Positions 39,254-48,145 are shown, counted from the first letter of the stretch. The stretch: DNA of 64,000 nucleotides from Dehalococcoidia bacterium (GCA_965207225.1 CBDBLV010000005.1:1056001-1120000); one strand, 5' to 3'. Numbers and translations: made by a program. Notes: generated by a model from the sequence alone, not told the origin.

Positions 39254-39790
39254 ATGCCCAAGACACCCCCCATGTACACGGGATTCGGAGACGGCGGCCA
39301 GACGGGGCTGCTTTACGGCGGCCGGGTATCCAAGGCCGACCCTCGATGCGAGGCGTACGGAGCGCTGGACGAGGCTGTATCGGCGATGGGGCTCGGGCGG
39401 GCGCTGTCTGCCAAGGAGGACGTGAGGGAGATACTTCTGGGGCTGCAGAAGGAGGCGTTCACGGTCGGGGGGGAGATTGCGATAGACACGGAGTTCTACC
39501 CGAAGTTCCTGCAGCACTTCCAGAAGGTCACTGCCGAAATGGTGGACAAGCTGGAGGAGACGACCGACACACTGACCGAGAAGATCGAGCCGCCGCGGGA
39601 GTTCATCATGCCAGGGGGGTCGGGTGCGGGGGCAGCGATAGACCTGGCCCGGTCGACGGTGCGCCGGGCGGAGAGGCGGACGGTCGAGCTCATGGACTCG
39701 GGGCTGCTGACGAATACGGAGATACCGCGCTACCTGAACCGGCTGAGCTCTCTGCTGTTCGTACTGGCTCGGTACGAGGAGACGACCTAG
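39254..39790 (+). CDS. pduO: cob(I)alamin adenosyltransferase, PduO type
   Basis: YTGFGDGGQTGL, EAYGALDE, FIMPGG, ARSTVRRAERR, YLNRLS. Confidence 0.9.
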   Translation: MPKTPPMYTGFGDGGQTGLLYGGRVSKADPRCEAYGALDEAVSAMGLGRALSAKEDVREILLGLQKEAFTVGGEIAIDTEFYPKFLQHFQKVTAEMVDKLEETTDTLTEKIEPPREFIMPGGSGAGAAIDLARSTVRRAERRTVELMDSGLLTNTEIPRYLNRLSSLLFVLARYEETT

Positions 39791-40749
39791 GCCAGCCCCC
39801 CGATCCTCGACAGGAGCATTTCGATGAAGCGCTCACCGTCCACGCCGGACGCTACCCGGCAGTTGGGCTCGATTCCCACGTTTGCCGGAGGCCGGTAGGG
39901 GACGGTCATTCCTCTTGTCAGGCCTTCCTTGACTTCAACATGGATGCGACGGGGGGCGTCGGTCATCAGGGAAGGGTCGATCACAACTGCGGTGGCCATG
40001 GGGTCGTGCATGTAGGTGCCGTCGAAGCCGCTCTGGGCCTGGGTGAAGTCCATGTAGAACTGGCAGCAGTCGAAGGCGAACCGGCCGGCCCTGCCGCCCT
40101 TGTCGACGAACCACTCCCGGGCAGCGCTTCTCATCAGGCCGATGCCGTGGGTAGCGTCGGTGGGGACGAAGGTAAGGGGGATGCCGGACTCGAGGAGGAC
40201 GTAGAGGGCTTCGGGGTCTACGTAGGTGTTGAACTCGGCGGCAAAGAGGGGCTCGATGTTGCCGGGGGCGTCGACGGCACCGCCCATGATGACGATCTCT
40301 GCGGCCTGGGACATCTTGTCGGGGAACTGCCGGATGGCCAGGGCAACGTTTGTGACGGGGCCGGTGGCGACTATGGTTACCTCGCCCGGCTTCTCGGCGG
40401 CCATGTCAGCGAGGGCTTGGACGGCGTGCGTGTCGGACAGGAGGTCCCAGTCGAGGCCAGGGTAGTAGTCGTCGCCCAAGTCGCCAAGACCATCCTCGCC
40501 GTGGACCGCGGCGGCCATGTAGAGCTCCTTGACCAGGGGCGCCGACTCACCCTTGAACACGGGAGGCCTCTTTCCTTCCTGCACGAAGGAGAGGATACGC
40601 AGGACGTTCCTGGTGCAGTTGTCAACATGGGCGTTGCCGCTGACCGTGGTGATCCCGATCACATCCACCTCGGGAGAGGCGAGGGCAAGGAGAATGGCGA
40701 GGGCGTCGTCGACGCCGGCGTCAACGTCGAGGATGATGGGTCTAGGCAT
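39787..40749 (-). CDS. nucleoside hydrolase (IU-NH family)
   Basis: ILDVDAGVDDA, VSGN, HGEDGLG, TGPVTN, AEFN...DPEA, MHDP. Confidence 0.93.
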   Translation of the reverse strand: MPRPIILDVDAGVDDALAILLALASPEVDVIGITTVSGNAHVDNCTRNVLRILSFVQEGKRPPVFKGESAPLVKELYMAAAVHGEDGLGDLGDDYYPGLDWDLLSDTHAVQALADMAAEKPGEVTIVATGPVTNVALAIRQFPDKMSQAAEIVIMGGAVDAPGNIEPLFAAEFNTYVDPEALYVLLESGIPLTFVPTDATHGIGLMRSAAREWFVDKGGRAGRFAFDCCQFYMDFTQAQSGFDGTYMHDPMATAVVIDPSLMTDAPRRIHVEVKEGLTRGMTVPYRPPANVGIEPNCRVASGVDGERFIEMLLSRIGGLA

Positions 40750-40799
40750 TGGAAGCACCTCCAATTGCGGGGCTATGCGGGCCTCGGTTGGGGTATATT

Positions 40800-41747
40800 G
40801 TGCGGGTCCGAGCCCCAGTAAAGGAGCATCTTAACATCAAGCCTATAGTCGTAGCCGGGGGCATCAACATGGACCTGATAGCCACGGCGGAGAGAATGCC
40901 CCGGCCGGGCGAGACGGTGTTCGCCTCGGGGCTGACGCGGGTGGCGGGGGGCAAGGGGCTGAACCAGGCGGTTGCAGCAAGGCGTCTCGGGTGTGCGTCA
41001 GTGTACATGCTCGGGAGCGTGGGGGAAGACCCGTTCGGTGAGGAGCTGCTGGAGTTCATGGGGGAGGAGGGCATCGGGGCGGTGGGGGTGGGTCGGGCGG
41101 ATGTTCCGACGGGGATGGCTCTCATCACGGTTGATGAGCAGGCGGAGAACACGATCGTGGTAGCGGTGGGGGCTAACTCCCGGCTGTCTGCCGGGGACGT
41201 GGACTCGCAGTCCGGCATTATCGAAGGTGCGGGTGTCGCTTTAGCACAGCTTGAAGTGCACATCGAGGCTGTACAGAGGTTCCTGTCGATTGCCAGAGGG
41301 GCAGGCGTCACGACCATCCTGAACGCTGCTCCGGCGCTGCCCCTGCCCGATGCCCTGCTATCACTGGTGGGCATACTGTGCCTGAACGAGACGGAGCTGG
41401 CGGAGATGTCGGGCCTTGCCGAGACTCCGGAGGAACGTGAGAGCATCGCGGCGGCGGCCCGCGGGCTGGTGGCGAGGGGAGCGGGATGCGCGATAGTGAC
41501 GCTGGGTAAGGGGGGCGCTCTGGTTGTCACTGCGGATGGGGACACCCTGCACCCGGGCGTCGAGGTGGAGGCGGTGGACCCGACGGGAGCCGGAGACTGC
41601 TTTCTCGGGGGGCTGGCGGCGAGGCTGAGCGAAGGGGCGTCGCTAGCGGAGGCGGTGGAATTTGCGAACAGGGCAGCGGCGGTGTCGGTGCAGAGGACGG
41701 GGGCGAGCTCTTCGATTCCGTATCGGGGTGAGGTGGGAGGGGTGTAG
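40800..41747 (+). CDS. rbsK: ribokinase (PfkB family); start uncertain
   Basis: GGINMD, GGKGLNQA, LNETE, TLGKGG, DPTGAGDCF. Confidence 0.9.
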   Translation: MRVRAPVKEHLNIKPIVVAGGINMDLIATAERMPRPGETVFASGLTRVAGGKGLNQAVAARRLGCASVYMLGSVGEDPFGEELLEFMGEEGIGAVGVGRADVPTGMALITVDEQAENTIVVAVGANSRLSAGDVDSQSGIIEGAGVALAQLEVHIEAVQRFLSIARGAGVTTILNAAPALPLPDALLSLVGILCLNETELAEMSGLAETPEERESIAAAARGLVARGAGCAIVTLGKGGALVVTADGDTLHPGVEVEAVDPTGAGDCFLGGLAARLSEGASLAEAVEFANRAAAVSVQRTGASSSIPYRGEVGGV

Positions 41748-41875
41748 GATGTTCGATTGTTTTGGGGTTTCAGGCACGGCTTTGATTGTTTAAGGAGCGG
41801 GATAGGAACAGGAACCCTCACCCCCTTTATCCCCCTCTCCCTTAGGGCCTTTAAAGGAGAGGGGGAAAGAAGAAC

Positions 41876-41915
41876 AGAGGCAGAGGTTGGCGCTGAAGCG
41901 CCAACCTCTGCCTCT
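41876..41915. repeat. perfect 18-bp inverted repeat (hairpin, TGAA loop)
   Basis: AGAGGCAGAGGTTGGCGC-TGAA-GCGCCAACCTCTGCCTCT. Confidence 0.9.
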
Positions 41916-42025
41916 AGTTCAATACTGGGGAGAAGGGAGGGGATGACGCATAAGGAAGGGGCGAGGATGGATTCACGCCGTGGGCGCATCTTGCAGCCGG
42001 CTCGGGGGCGGGATGACGGAGGGGG

Positions 42026-43354
42026 TCAGGGAGGGGGGCGGCCCCGGGCGATGCGGGGTGGGGGGTCTTCGTCATGGGGTGACGGGTCGGTGGTATGCGG
42101 GCCATCCCACGCTCGTACTTCGAGGGTCTCAGCATGAGCGGCACCACCGACGGGGAGGGGATCACCCTCACCCCAACCCTCTCCCCTCAAGGGAGAGGGG
42201 GTAGGACTCCTTCCCTCGGCCCTACCGTCAGGGAGGGTATCGATGTGGGTGGCGTCCAGGGTACCCACAAGGGGCACCCCTACGGGGGAGGGGAGGGTGT
42301 CGGCGTCTTCATCGTCATCAGGGTCGGGGTCATAGTCGTCGTCTTCGTCGTCATCCTCTTCGAGGTCATCAAGGAAGTCCGGGGGGATGTAGGTCCCGGC
42401 GAACCTGCGCATGGCCTGTTCATCGGCTGGCCATTCATCTTCTTCCGGGGGCCAGGGCTCGTCGGGGTCGATGAGGCCGAAGCGCCAGCGGTTATGGATG
42501 GGGATGAGGTGTCTCCAGGGCCACCACCTGTCTCCGGGCCGGGCCATGCGGACGGGGATGAGGTCGCGGAAGTCGAGGTCACCCCTGTCTACGTTGTCCT
42601 GGAAGACCTTCTTGATGAGATTGTCGATTTGCTCTTCGTCGGTGAGCTGCTTGGGGGCCTTGGCCTGGGCCGAGTATGCCCGGATGATGAGTCGGAGGCA
42701 GCGGTTGATCTGGGTGTAGTCCAGGGGGCGCGTGCTCAAGAGGCGGTTGGTCAACGAGCGGAGGAGGGCGATTTCGCCTTCGATGTCCGGGCTGTCGGTG
42801 CACAGCCGGGGCAGGGAAGGAGAAGTGTGGGACAGGGAGCGGCGACGGTTGGGGCGTCGGCCCCTGGGCCTTCGGCCGCGCCCGACGGGGCGGGAAGTCT
42901 TCCGCGGCTTGCGGCCGCGGGCATCCGTGCCCTGGTAGGTAGCCCGGGCACGGGGACTCTTCCGCGGTGCAGCACCGCAGGCATCCGCTTCTACGCCCGG
43001 TAAGGCGGAGCGGGGGTTCTTCCGCGGCGCAATGCCGCAGGCATCCGCTTCTACGCCCGGTAAGGCGGAGCGGGGGTTCTTCCGCGGCGCAGTGCCGCAT
43101 GCATCCGCTTCTACGCCCGGGGAGGCGGAGCGGGGTCTCTTCCGCGGCTCAGTGCCGCAGGCATCCGTGCCCTGGCAGGCAGCCCGGGTACGGGGGTTCT
43201 TCCGCGGTCTGCGGCCGCGGGCATCCGCGAGGGGGTCGGGCTTGAGGAGACCAACCGCCTCTTGAGCAGGCGCCCCTTTTTGGGGGCGTCGGGGGCCCGG
43301 TTTGGCGGGCCCCCTGTTTGACAAGGTCTTGTTGTGATGTTTGGGTGTAGACAT
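42026..43354 (-). CDS. hypothetical protein with basic 20-aa repeats, helical core and acidic tract
   Basis: 442-aa ORF; TTGACT-16-TATACT promoter just upstream; core DIEGEIALLRSLTNRLL; 3' end runs through REP-like DNA. Confidence 0.55.
   Translation of the reverse strand: MSTPKHHNKTLSNRGPAKPGPRRPQKGAPAQEAVGLLKPDPLADARGRRPRKNPRTRAACQGTDACGTEPRKRPRSASPGVEADACGTAPRKNPRSALPGVEADACGIAPRKNPRSALPGVEADACGAAPRKSPRARATYQGTDARGRKPRKTSRPVGRGRRPRGRRPNRRRSLSHTSPSLPRLCTDSPDIEGEIALLRSLTNRLLSTRPLDYTQINRCLRLIIRAYSAQAKAPKQLTDEEQIDNLIKKVFQDNVDRGDLDFRDLIPVRMARPGDRWWPWRHLIPIHNRWRFGLIDPDEPWPPEEDEWPADEQAMRRFAGTYIPPDFLDDLEEDDDEDDDYDPDPDDDEDADTLPSPVGVPLVGTLDATHIDTLPDGRAEGRSPTPSPLRGEGWGEGDPLPVGGAAHAETLEVRAWDGPHTTDPSPHDEDPPPRIARGRPPP
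42110..42141. repeat. REP-like family A, copy 2
   Basis: CGCTCGTACTTCGAGGGTCTCAGCATGAGCGG. Confidence 0.8.
42891..43228. repeat. 60-bp tandem repeat array, about 5.6 units
   Basis: Invariant CTTCCGCGG and GCATCCG recur at an exact 60-nt period. Confidence 0.95.
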
Positions 43355-43368
43355 TAGGTCTGAACGTT

Positions 43369-43396
43369 AGTATAGAACGTATATGGCAGAAGTCAA
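43369..43396 (-). promoter_or_regulatory. sigma70-type promoter for 42026..43354
   Basis: Minus strand TTGACT-N16-TATACT, ending 14 nt before the ATG. Confidence 0.6.
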
Positions 43397-43548
43397 GAGG
43401 CAAAGGGGGTGTTTTGGGGGGATTTTCCCCCCGGCCCCTCAAGGGAACCCTCTCCGCCTTGGGCCTCTAGTTCAGTACTGGGGGGAAGGCATCCCCTCCC
43501 GGCCGCCCCGGGAGTAATATGAGTCCCGCCCGCCCGCCCTGTTTTATT

Positions 43549-43583
43549 GACATATCAAAAATGCGTTGCATTTTTGATATGTC
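43549..43583. repeat. perfect 16-bp AT-rich inverted repeat
   Basis: GACATATCAAAAATGC-GTT-GCATTTTTGATATGTC. Confidence 0.9.
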
Positions 43584-43694
43584 TTTGCCAAGGGGGGAGG
43601 AGGGTGGGAAGGGTGTGAGCAGCTATGGACGAGGTAGGTTGGGGGAGGGGCGTTTGAGATTCCTCGCGGGGCTTCGGAATGGGAAAGGGGTGAT

Positions 43695-44006
43695 GGTGAA
43701 TGCCGAGGTGGGTTTGGGGGACCTGCACCGAACCGCCCCAGATTCCTCACTGCCGTTCGGAATGACAGTGAGGGGCGTCGGCTGACGGTGGAGGTATGCG
43801 AGGGCTTGAAGATGCGTGGGCCACCCCCCGCTCATACTTCGACGGAGCTCAGCACGAGCGGCCCCACCCCACGCCGGGGATGGATTCCCGATCAGGGTCG
43901 GGAATGACGGAGATGGGGGGAGGGGGGGTGAATGGCGAGGTGGGTTGGGAGACCTGCACCGAACCGCCCCAGATTCCTCACTGCCGTTCGGAATGACAGT
44001 GAGGGG
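43695..44006. repeat. about 80-bp direct repeat pair (43695-43775, 43927-44006) enclosing REP-like copies
   Basis: Shared GACCTGCACCGAACCGCCCCAGATTCCTCACTGCCGTTCGGAATGACAGTGAGGGG; family A copy 3 at 43828-43861 lies between. Confidence 0.9.
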
Positions 44007-44037
44007 TGTGGATTGGGGGGGCGGCGGGGGAGTCTTG

Positions 44038-44802
44038 TTAGCGGGCCTGGTAGTTGGGTTTTCGTTTTTCGGAGAAGGCTTTGGGGCCTTCTTTGCTGTC
44101 GGCGCTTTCGTAGAGGGCTGACATGAGGGTGTGGACGAGGTGGAGACCCTCGTTGTGGGGCATGTTGGAGCCGCGGTAGGCGAGGTCCCGGGTGACGCGT
44201 ACGGAAAGGGGGGCGTTTTCGCAGATGCGCCGGGCCAGGGACTCGGCGGTGGACATGAGGGCGTCGGGGGGCACCACCTGGCTCACGAGGCCGATACGCA
44301 GGGCCTTTTCGGCGTCGATGAAGTCGCCGGTTAACAGGAGCTCCATGGCGTCGGACATGCCGATTATTTTGGGGAGGCGCAGGGCGCCATAGCCGTGGAG
44401 GAGGCCCCAGCGGGGCTCGGGGCAGCCGAAGGAGGCGGTATTCGAGGCGATCCTGATGTCGCAGGCGATGGCCAGCTCGAGGCCACCGGCGAGGCAGTAG
44501 CCGTTGATGGCGGCAATGAAGGGCTTCACGGACATGGGCTGGTCATAGTGCTTGAACATGGAGTAGGGCTGGCCCGGGCCTTCAAGCTCCCGGGTGACGT
44601 ACTCCTTGAGGTCTCCCCCGGCGCTGAATGCCCTGTCGCCCGCGCCGGTTACTATGGCGACCCAGACATTCGGGTCCCGGTCGACTTCCTCGATAGCGGT
44701 ACGGAGCCTCTGCTTAAGCTCCTCGTTGATGGCGTTCATGGCCTGGGGTCGATTCATGGTGATGTAGGCGACCCTGTCGCGGACTTCGTAGTCTAGAACC
44801 AT
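44038..44802 (-). CDS. enoyl-CoA hydratase/isomerase family protein
   Basis: ITMNRP..MNA, AFSAGGDL, KPFIAAINGYCLAGGLELAIACDIR, PE..WG. Confidence 0.93.
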   Translation of the reverse strand: MVLDYEVRDRVAYITMNRPQAMNAINEELKQRLRTAIEEVDRDPNVWVAIVTGAGDRAFSAGGDLKEYVTRELEGPGQPYSMFKHYDQPMSVKPFIAAINGYCLAGGLELAIACDIRIASNTASFGCPEPRWGLLHGYGALRLPKIIGMSDAMELLLTGDFIDAEKALRIGLVSQVVPPDALMSTAESLARRICENAPLSVRVTRDLAYRGSNMPHNEGLHLVHTLMSALYESADSKEGPKAFSEKRKPNYQAR

Positions 44803-45554
44803 GACTTGCCTCTCTGGTAGCCACCGGTAAGCTGGACGGCAGTTCCCGACACCCACCTGGATGCGGGGCTGGCGAGGTGCCTGATCATCTCGCCGATGTC
44901 CCTGGGGGTACCGATGCCGAGGGGGTATTCGACGAGAACCTCGGCCTTGCGCTCCTCGGACCAGCCGGGCTCACGGGAGTCGATGGCGCCGGGCATGAGG
45001 GCGACGACCCTGATGCCGTAGTCGGCGCCCTGGAGGGCAAACTCCATGGTCATGCCGAGCAGCGCTGCCTTGCTGGCGTTGTAGGCCGGTGACATCCCGG
45101 GCTCCCCGACGCGAGCGGCCTGGGAGCTCATGTTGGCGATGAATCCCTTTTTCGCCTTCATCATCGGGCCCAGGGCGGCCCTGGAGCAGTAGAAGACGCC
45201 GTTGACGTTCACGTCTATAGTGCGTCGCCATTCCTCGTCGGGGAGGTCCCAGGCGTTGCCCCTGGGGGCGTCTATGCCGGCGTTGTTGACGAGGATGTCG
45301 AGCCGGCCAAATTCGTTTGTGGCCAGGTCGACGAGGGCGTCGGCTTCCCTGGGGTTGCTGGTATCCATGACCATGCCAACGGCCTCGGCACCCATGTCCT
45401 TGATCTCGGAGACGGTCCTGTCGGCGGGCTGGATGTCACCGATGACGATCTTGACCCCGGCCTCGGCGAGGACGCGGGCTATGCCGCGCCCTATGCCCTG
45501 GGCCGCGCCGGTAACTATGGCAACTTCGCCGGAAATGTCTGAACTATCGCCCAT
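44793..45554 (-). CDS. SDR family oxidoreductase
   Basis: TGAAQGIG, NNAG, YNASK. Confidence 0.93.
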   Translation of the reverse strand: MGDSSDISGEVAIVTGAAQGIGRGIARVLAEAGVKIVIGDIQPADRTVSEIKDMGAEAVGMVMDTSNPREADALVDLATNEFGRLDILVNNAGIDAPRGNAWDLPDEEWRRTIDVNVNGVFYCSRAALGPMMKAKKGFIANMSSQAARVGEPGMSPAYNASKAALLGMTMEFALQGADYGIRVVALMPGAIDSREPGWSEERKAEVLVEYPLGIGTPRDIGEMIRHLASPASRWVSGTAVQLTGGYQRGKSWF

Positions 45555-45574
45555 GATGCAAACCTCCGCTGGCG

Positions 45575-46831
45575 CTAGTCGCCGATCAGTGGGGCCTCGG
45601 CCGATACACGCCCTTCCAACAACCGGTTGTATTCGTTCTCTCCCAGCCCGAGGACTTCGCAGAAGACCCTGCGGTTGTGCTCACCGTAGAGAGGGGCGGG
45701 GGAATGACTTCCCCCGGGCGTCTTCGACATCTTGAAGGGCATCCCGAAGTGGGGGTATTTGCCCACGGACGGATGATCCGTGATCTCGAAGAAGCCGCGC
45801 TCCTTGAAGTGGGGGTCTTCGAAGAGGTCGTTGGCCTTGCTCACGATACCACAGGGCACCCCGGCTTCCTGGAGTCGGGCCATCACCTCCCTGGCCCCCA
45901 GAGCAGAGGTCCAGGCGTTGATCGACTCATCGATCTCATCCTGGAGGCGGAAACGGGCGAGGATATGGCGATACCGGGACTCCCGGAGGAGGTCATTGCG
46001 TCCCATCGTCGTGCACAGGGCCTCCCAGTGCCTATCGCTCTCGGCTGAGATAGCCACCCATTCGTCTTCACCCTTGCAGCGGTAGGCGCCCTGGGGGGCG
46101 CGGGAGAGGTGTCGGGCGCCGAGGCGTTTCCTGATGCGGCCATTCATGGTGTAGTCGAGCACCGAGTCGCTGAGGATGCCGATGAACCCCTCCTGCTGAG
46201 ACAGGTCCATCCGGGCTCCCCGGCCCGTACGCTGTCGCCTTTGCAGGGCGGCAAGTATGGCGTAGACCCCCCACATCCCCGACCCAGGGTCCGTGTAGGC
46301 CCCGGAAGAGCGTACTGGCGGGCCGTCGGGGTGTCCGGTCATGTGGGAAAGGCCGGTCATTCCTTCGAGGGCCTCGCCGAAGCAGACGTAGTCCCTGTAG
46401 GGCCCCGACCTCCCGAAGGAGGGCATGCTAATCATAACCAGGTCGGGGCGGACCTTTACCAAGTCTTCGTATTCGAGGCGGAGGTTGCCCATGACCCGGG
46501 CGCTGTAGTTCTCGATCACCACGTCGGCAATGGACACGAGACCAAGGAGGAGGTCTCGACCCCGTTCCGTCTGAAGGTCCAGGGCTACACTGTTCTTGTT
46601 GCGGTTGCCCATGTGGAAGTAGGAGCCGCGGTTGTGGGGATCCTCGGTGTCCTCTATGCCGTCGGGGGGGAGCATGTACCGGACGGCATCGACGTATACG
46701 GTGGCCTCGACGCGTATGACTTCGGCGCCGAGGGAGGCCATGAACTGGGTGGCGTAGGGCCCGGCCCAGTAGCGGGTCAGGTCGACGATCCTGATGTTCC
46801 TGAGAGGCAGATTCTTTAACTGGACGTTCAT
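45575..46831 (-). CDS. class III CoA transferase (CaiB/BaiF)
   Basis: DLTRYWAGP, GAEVIRVE, NRNKNS, DVVIENY, FGRSGPY, AYTD (catalytic Asp position). Confidence 0.92.
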   Translation of the reverse strand: MNVQLKNLPLRNIRIVDLTRYWAGPYATQFMASLGAEVIRVEATVYVDAVRYMLPPDGIEDTEDPHNRGSYFHMGNRNKNSVALDLQTERGRDLLLGLVSIADVVIENYSARVMGNLRLEYEDLVKVRPDLVMISMPSFGRSGPYRDYVCFGEALEGMTGLSHMTGHPDGPPVRSSGAYTDPGSGMWGVYAILAALQRRQRTGRGARMDLSQQEGFIGILSDSVLDYTMNGRIRKRLGARHLSRAPQGAYRCKGEDEWVAISAESDRHWEALCTTMGRNDLLRESRYRHILARFRLQDEIDESINAWTSALGAREVMARLQEAGVPCGIVSKANDLFEDPHFKERGFFEITDHPSVGKYPHFGMPFKMSKTPGGSHSPAPLYGEHNRRVFCEVLGLGENEYNRLLEGRVSAEAPLIGD

Positions 46832-46832
46832 G

Positions 46833-48041
46833 TCAGATCACTCGTCCCGAGCCAAGCATCGCCAGCTCCCGGTCGGAGATGCCCAGCCTGTGCTGATAGA
46901 TCTCCCTGTTGGCTTCGCCGAGGGTCGGGGCCGGGGCGGGGGGTGGGGCGGGTTCACCTTCGACCGTGAGGCCGGTGCCCGGCAGGCTGATTTCTCCGAA
47001 GTCGGGGTGGTCGAGCTTTTGGAAGAAGCCCCGTTCGTTGAGGTGCTTGTCGTTGAAGAGGTTTTCCGCGGTGTCGACCTTGGCGCAGGGTATTCTCAGA
47101 AGCTGGGAAAGCTCGAAGGCCTCCTCCGTGTCCTGCTCGCCCAGCCAAGCGCCGATAGAGTCCCACAGGGTCTGCTTGGCCTCCTCGGGGATGGCCCTGG
47201 ACAGAGCCGATTCGAAGGTGTCCACGAGCTCCGGGTGGCCGATCATCTCGAAGAGGGATTGGCGCTGCTGCTGGGTCAGGGAAGTCACGATCATGTAGCC
47301 GTCCCGGGTGCGGTACATGTCGCAAAGGGGGGTGGGGGGAGAGAGGGTGCTTCCGGTGCGGCCCCGGACGATTCCCTGGTAGGTGTAAAGGACGAGGGTG
47401 GTTTCGAGGTAATTGGCGGCGACCTCCAGCATTGCAAGGTCGACCATCTGCCCCTGCCCCGAGGCCTCCCTGCCGTGGAGAGCGGCAAGGGCAGCGATGA
47501 CCCCGGCCATCCCAGAAATGAACTGGGGAAGGTAGCCGCCGGAGGGCACGGGCTGCTGGTCGGGGAAGCCGGTGGGGTACATGAGCCCGCTTACGGCGTT
47601 CTGTATGAGATCGTTGGCCTGGTAGGCGGAGTAGGGGCCCCACTGGCCGAAGTCGGACACCGAGATCTGGACGAGGGCCGGGTTGGCTGCGCTGAGGGCG
47701 TCGTAGTTGAGGCCGAGGGAGTCGAGGTGGCCGGGGGGAAAGCTCTCTACGAGTACGTCAGCCTGGGCGACGAGGTGTTGGAAGATGCGGCGGCCGGCGG
47801 CGTTGGTCGGGTCAAGGGTGAGGCTACGCTTGCCACTGTTGAGGTAGAGGAAAAGGCCGCTTCTTTCGTTGTGGGGAATGTCGTTGAAGAAGGGGGCGAA
47901 GGTCCTGACGGGGTCGCCGGAGGCTGGGGGCTCGAGTTTCAGGACCTCGGCGCCGCAGCGGCCGAGGAGCCTTGAACAGAACGACCCGGCGATGCCATTG
48001 CTTGCGTCCAGGACTTTGAGGTCTTTCAGCCAGGAGTCCAT
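46833..48041 (-). CDS. class III CoA transferase (CaiB/BaiF), possibly non-catalytic subunit
   Basis: GAEVLKLEPP.GDP.R, NSGKRS, FGQWGPY; YLPQ at the usual Asp position. Confidence 0.9.
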   Translation of the reverse strand: MDSWLKDLKVLDASNGIAGSFCSRLLGRCGAEVLKLEPPASGDPVRTFAPFFNDIPHNERSGLFLYLNSGKRSLTLDPTNAAGRRIFQHLVAQADVLVESFPPGHLDSLGLNYDALSAANPALVQISVSDFGQWGPYSAYQANDLIQNAVSGLMYPTGFPDQQPVPSGGYLPQFISGMAGVIAALAALHGREASGQGQMVDLAMLEVAANYLETTLVLYTYQGIVRGRTGSTLSPPTPLCDMYRTRDGYMIVTSLTQQQRQSLFEMIGHPELVDTFESALSRAIPEEAKQTLWDSIGAWLGEQDTEEAFELSQLLRIPCAKVDTAENLFNDKHLNERGFFQKLDHPDFGEISLPGTGLTVEGEPAPPPAPAPTLGEANREIYQHRLGISDRELAMLGSGRVI

Positions 48042-48145
48042 AAATTGCCGTGTCGTCGCCTAAAGCATGGGCGCCATATGCACCGGCCACACATGACGCC
48101 CACTTAATTCCTTATGTTTGAGGACGGGGAACTTCCGCTGTCTTC

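Noticed and set aside
42891-43228. 60-bp array as a CRISPR array
   Set aside because: Variable parts are related to each other rather than unique spacers, the period is exactly 60 within an ORF, and no cas genes are visible
45575-48041. DMSP lyase DddD
   Set aside because: DddD is a single fused two-domain protein, and nothing specific beyond the general CaiB/BaiF fold is visible
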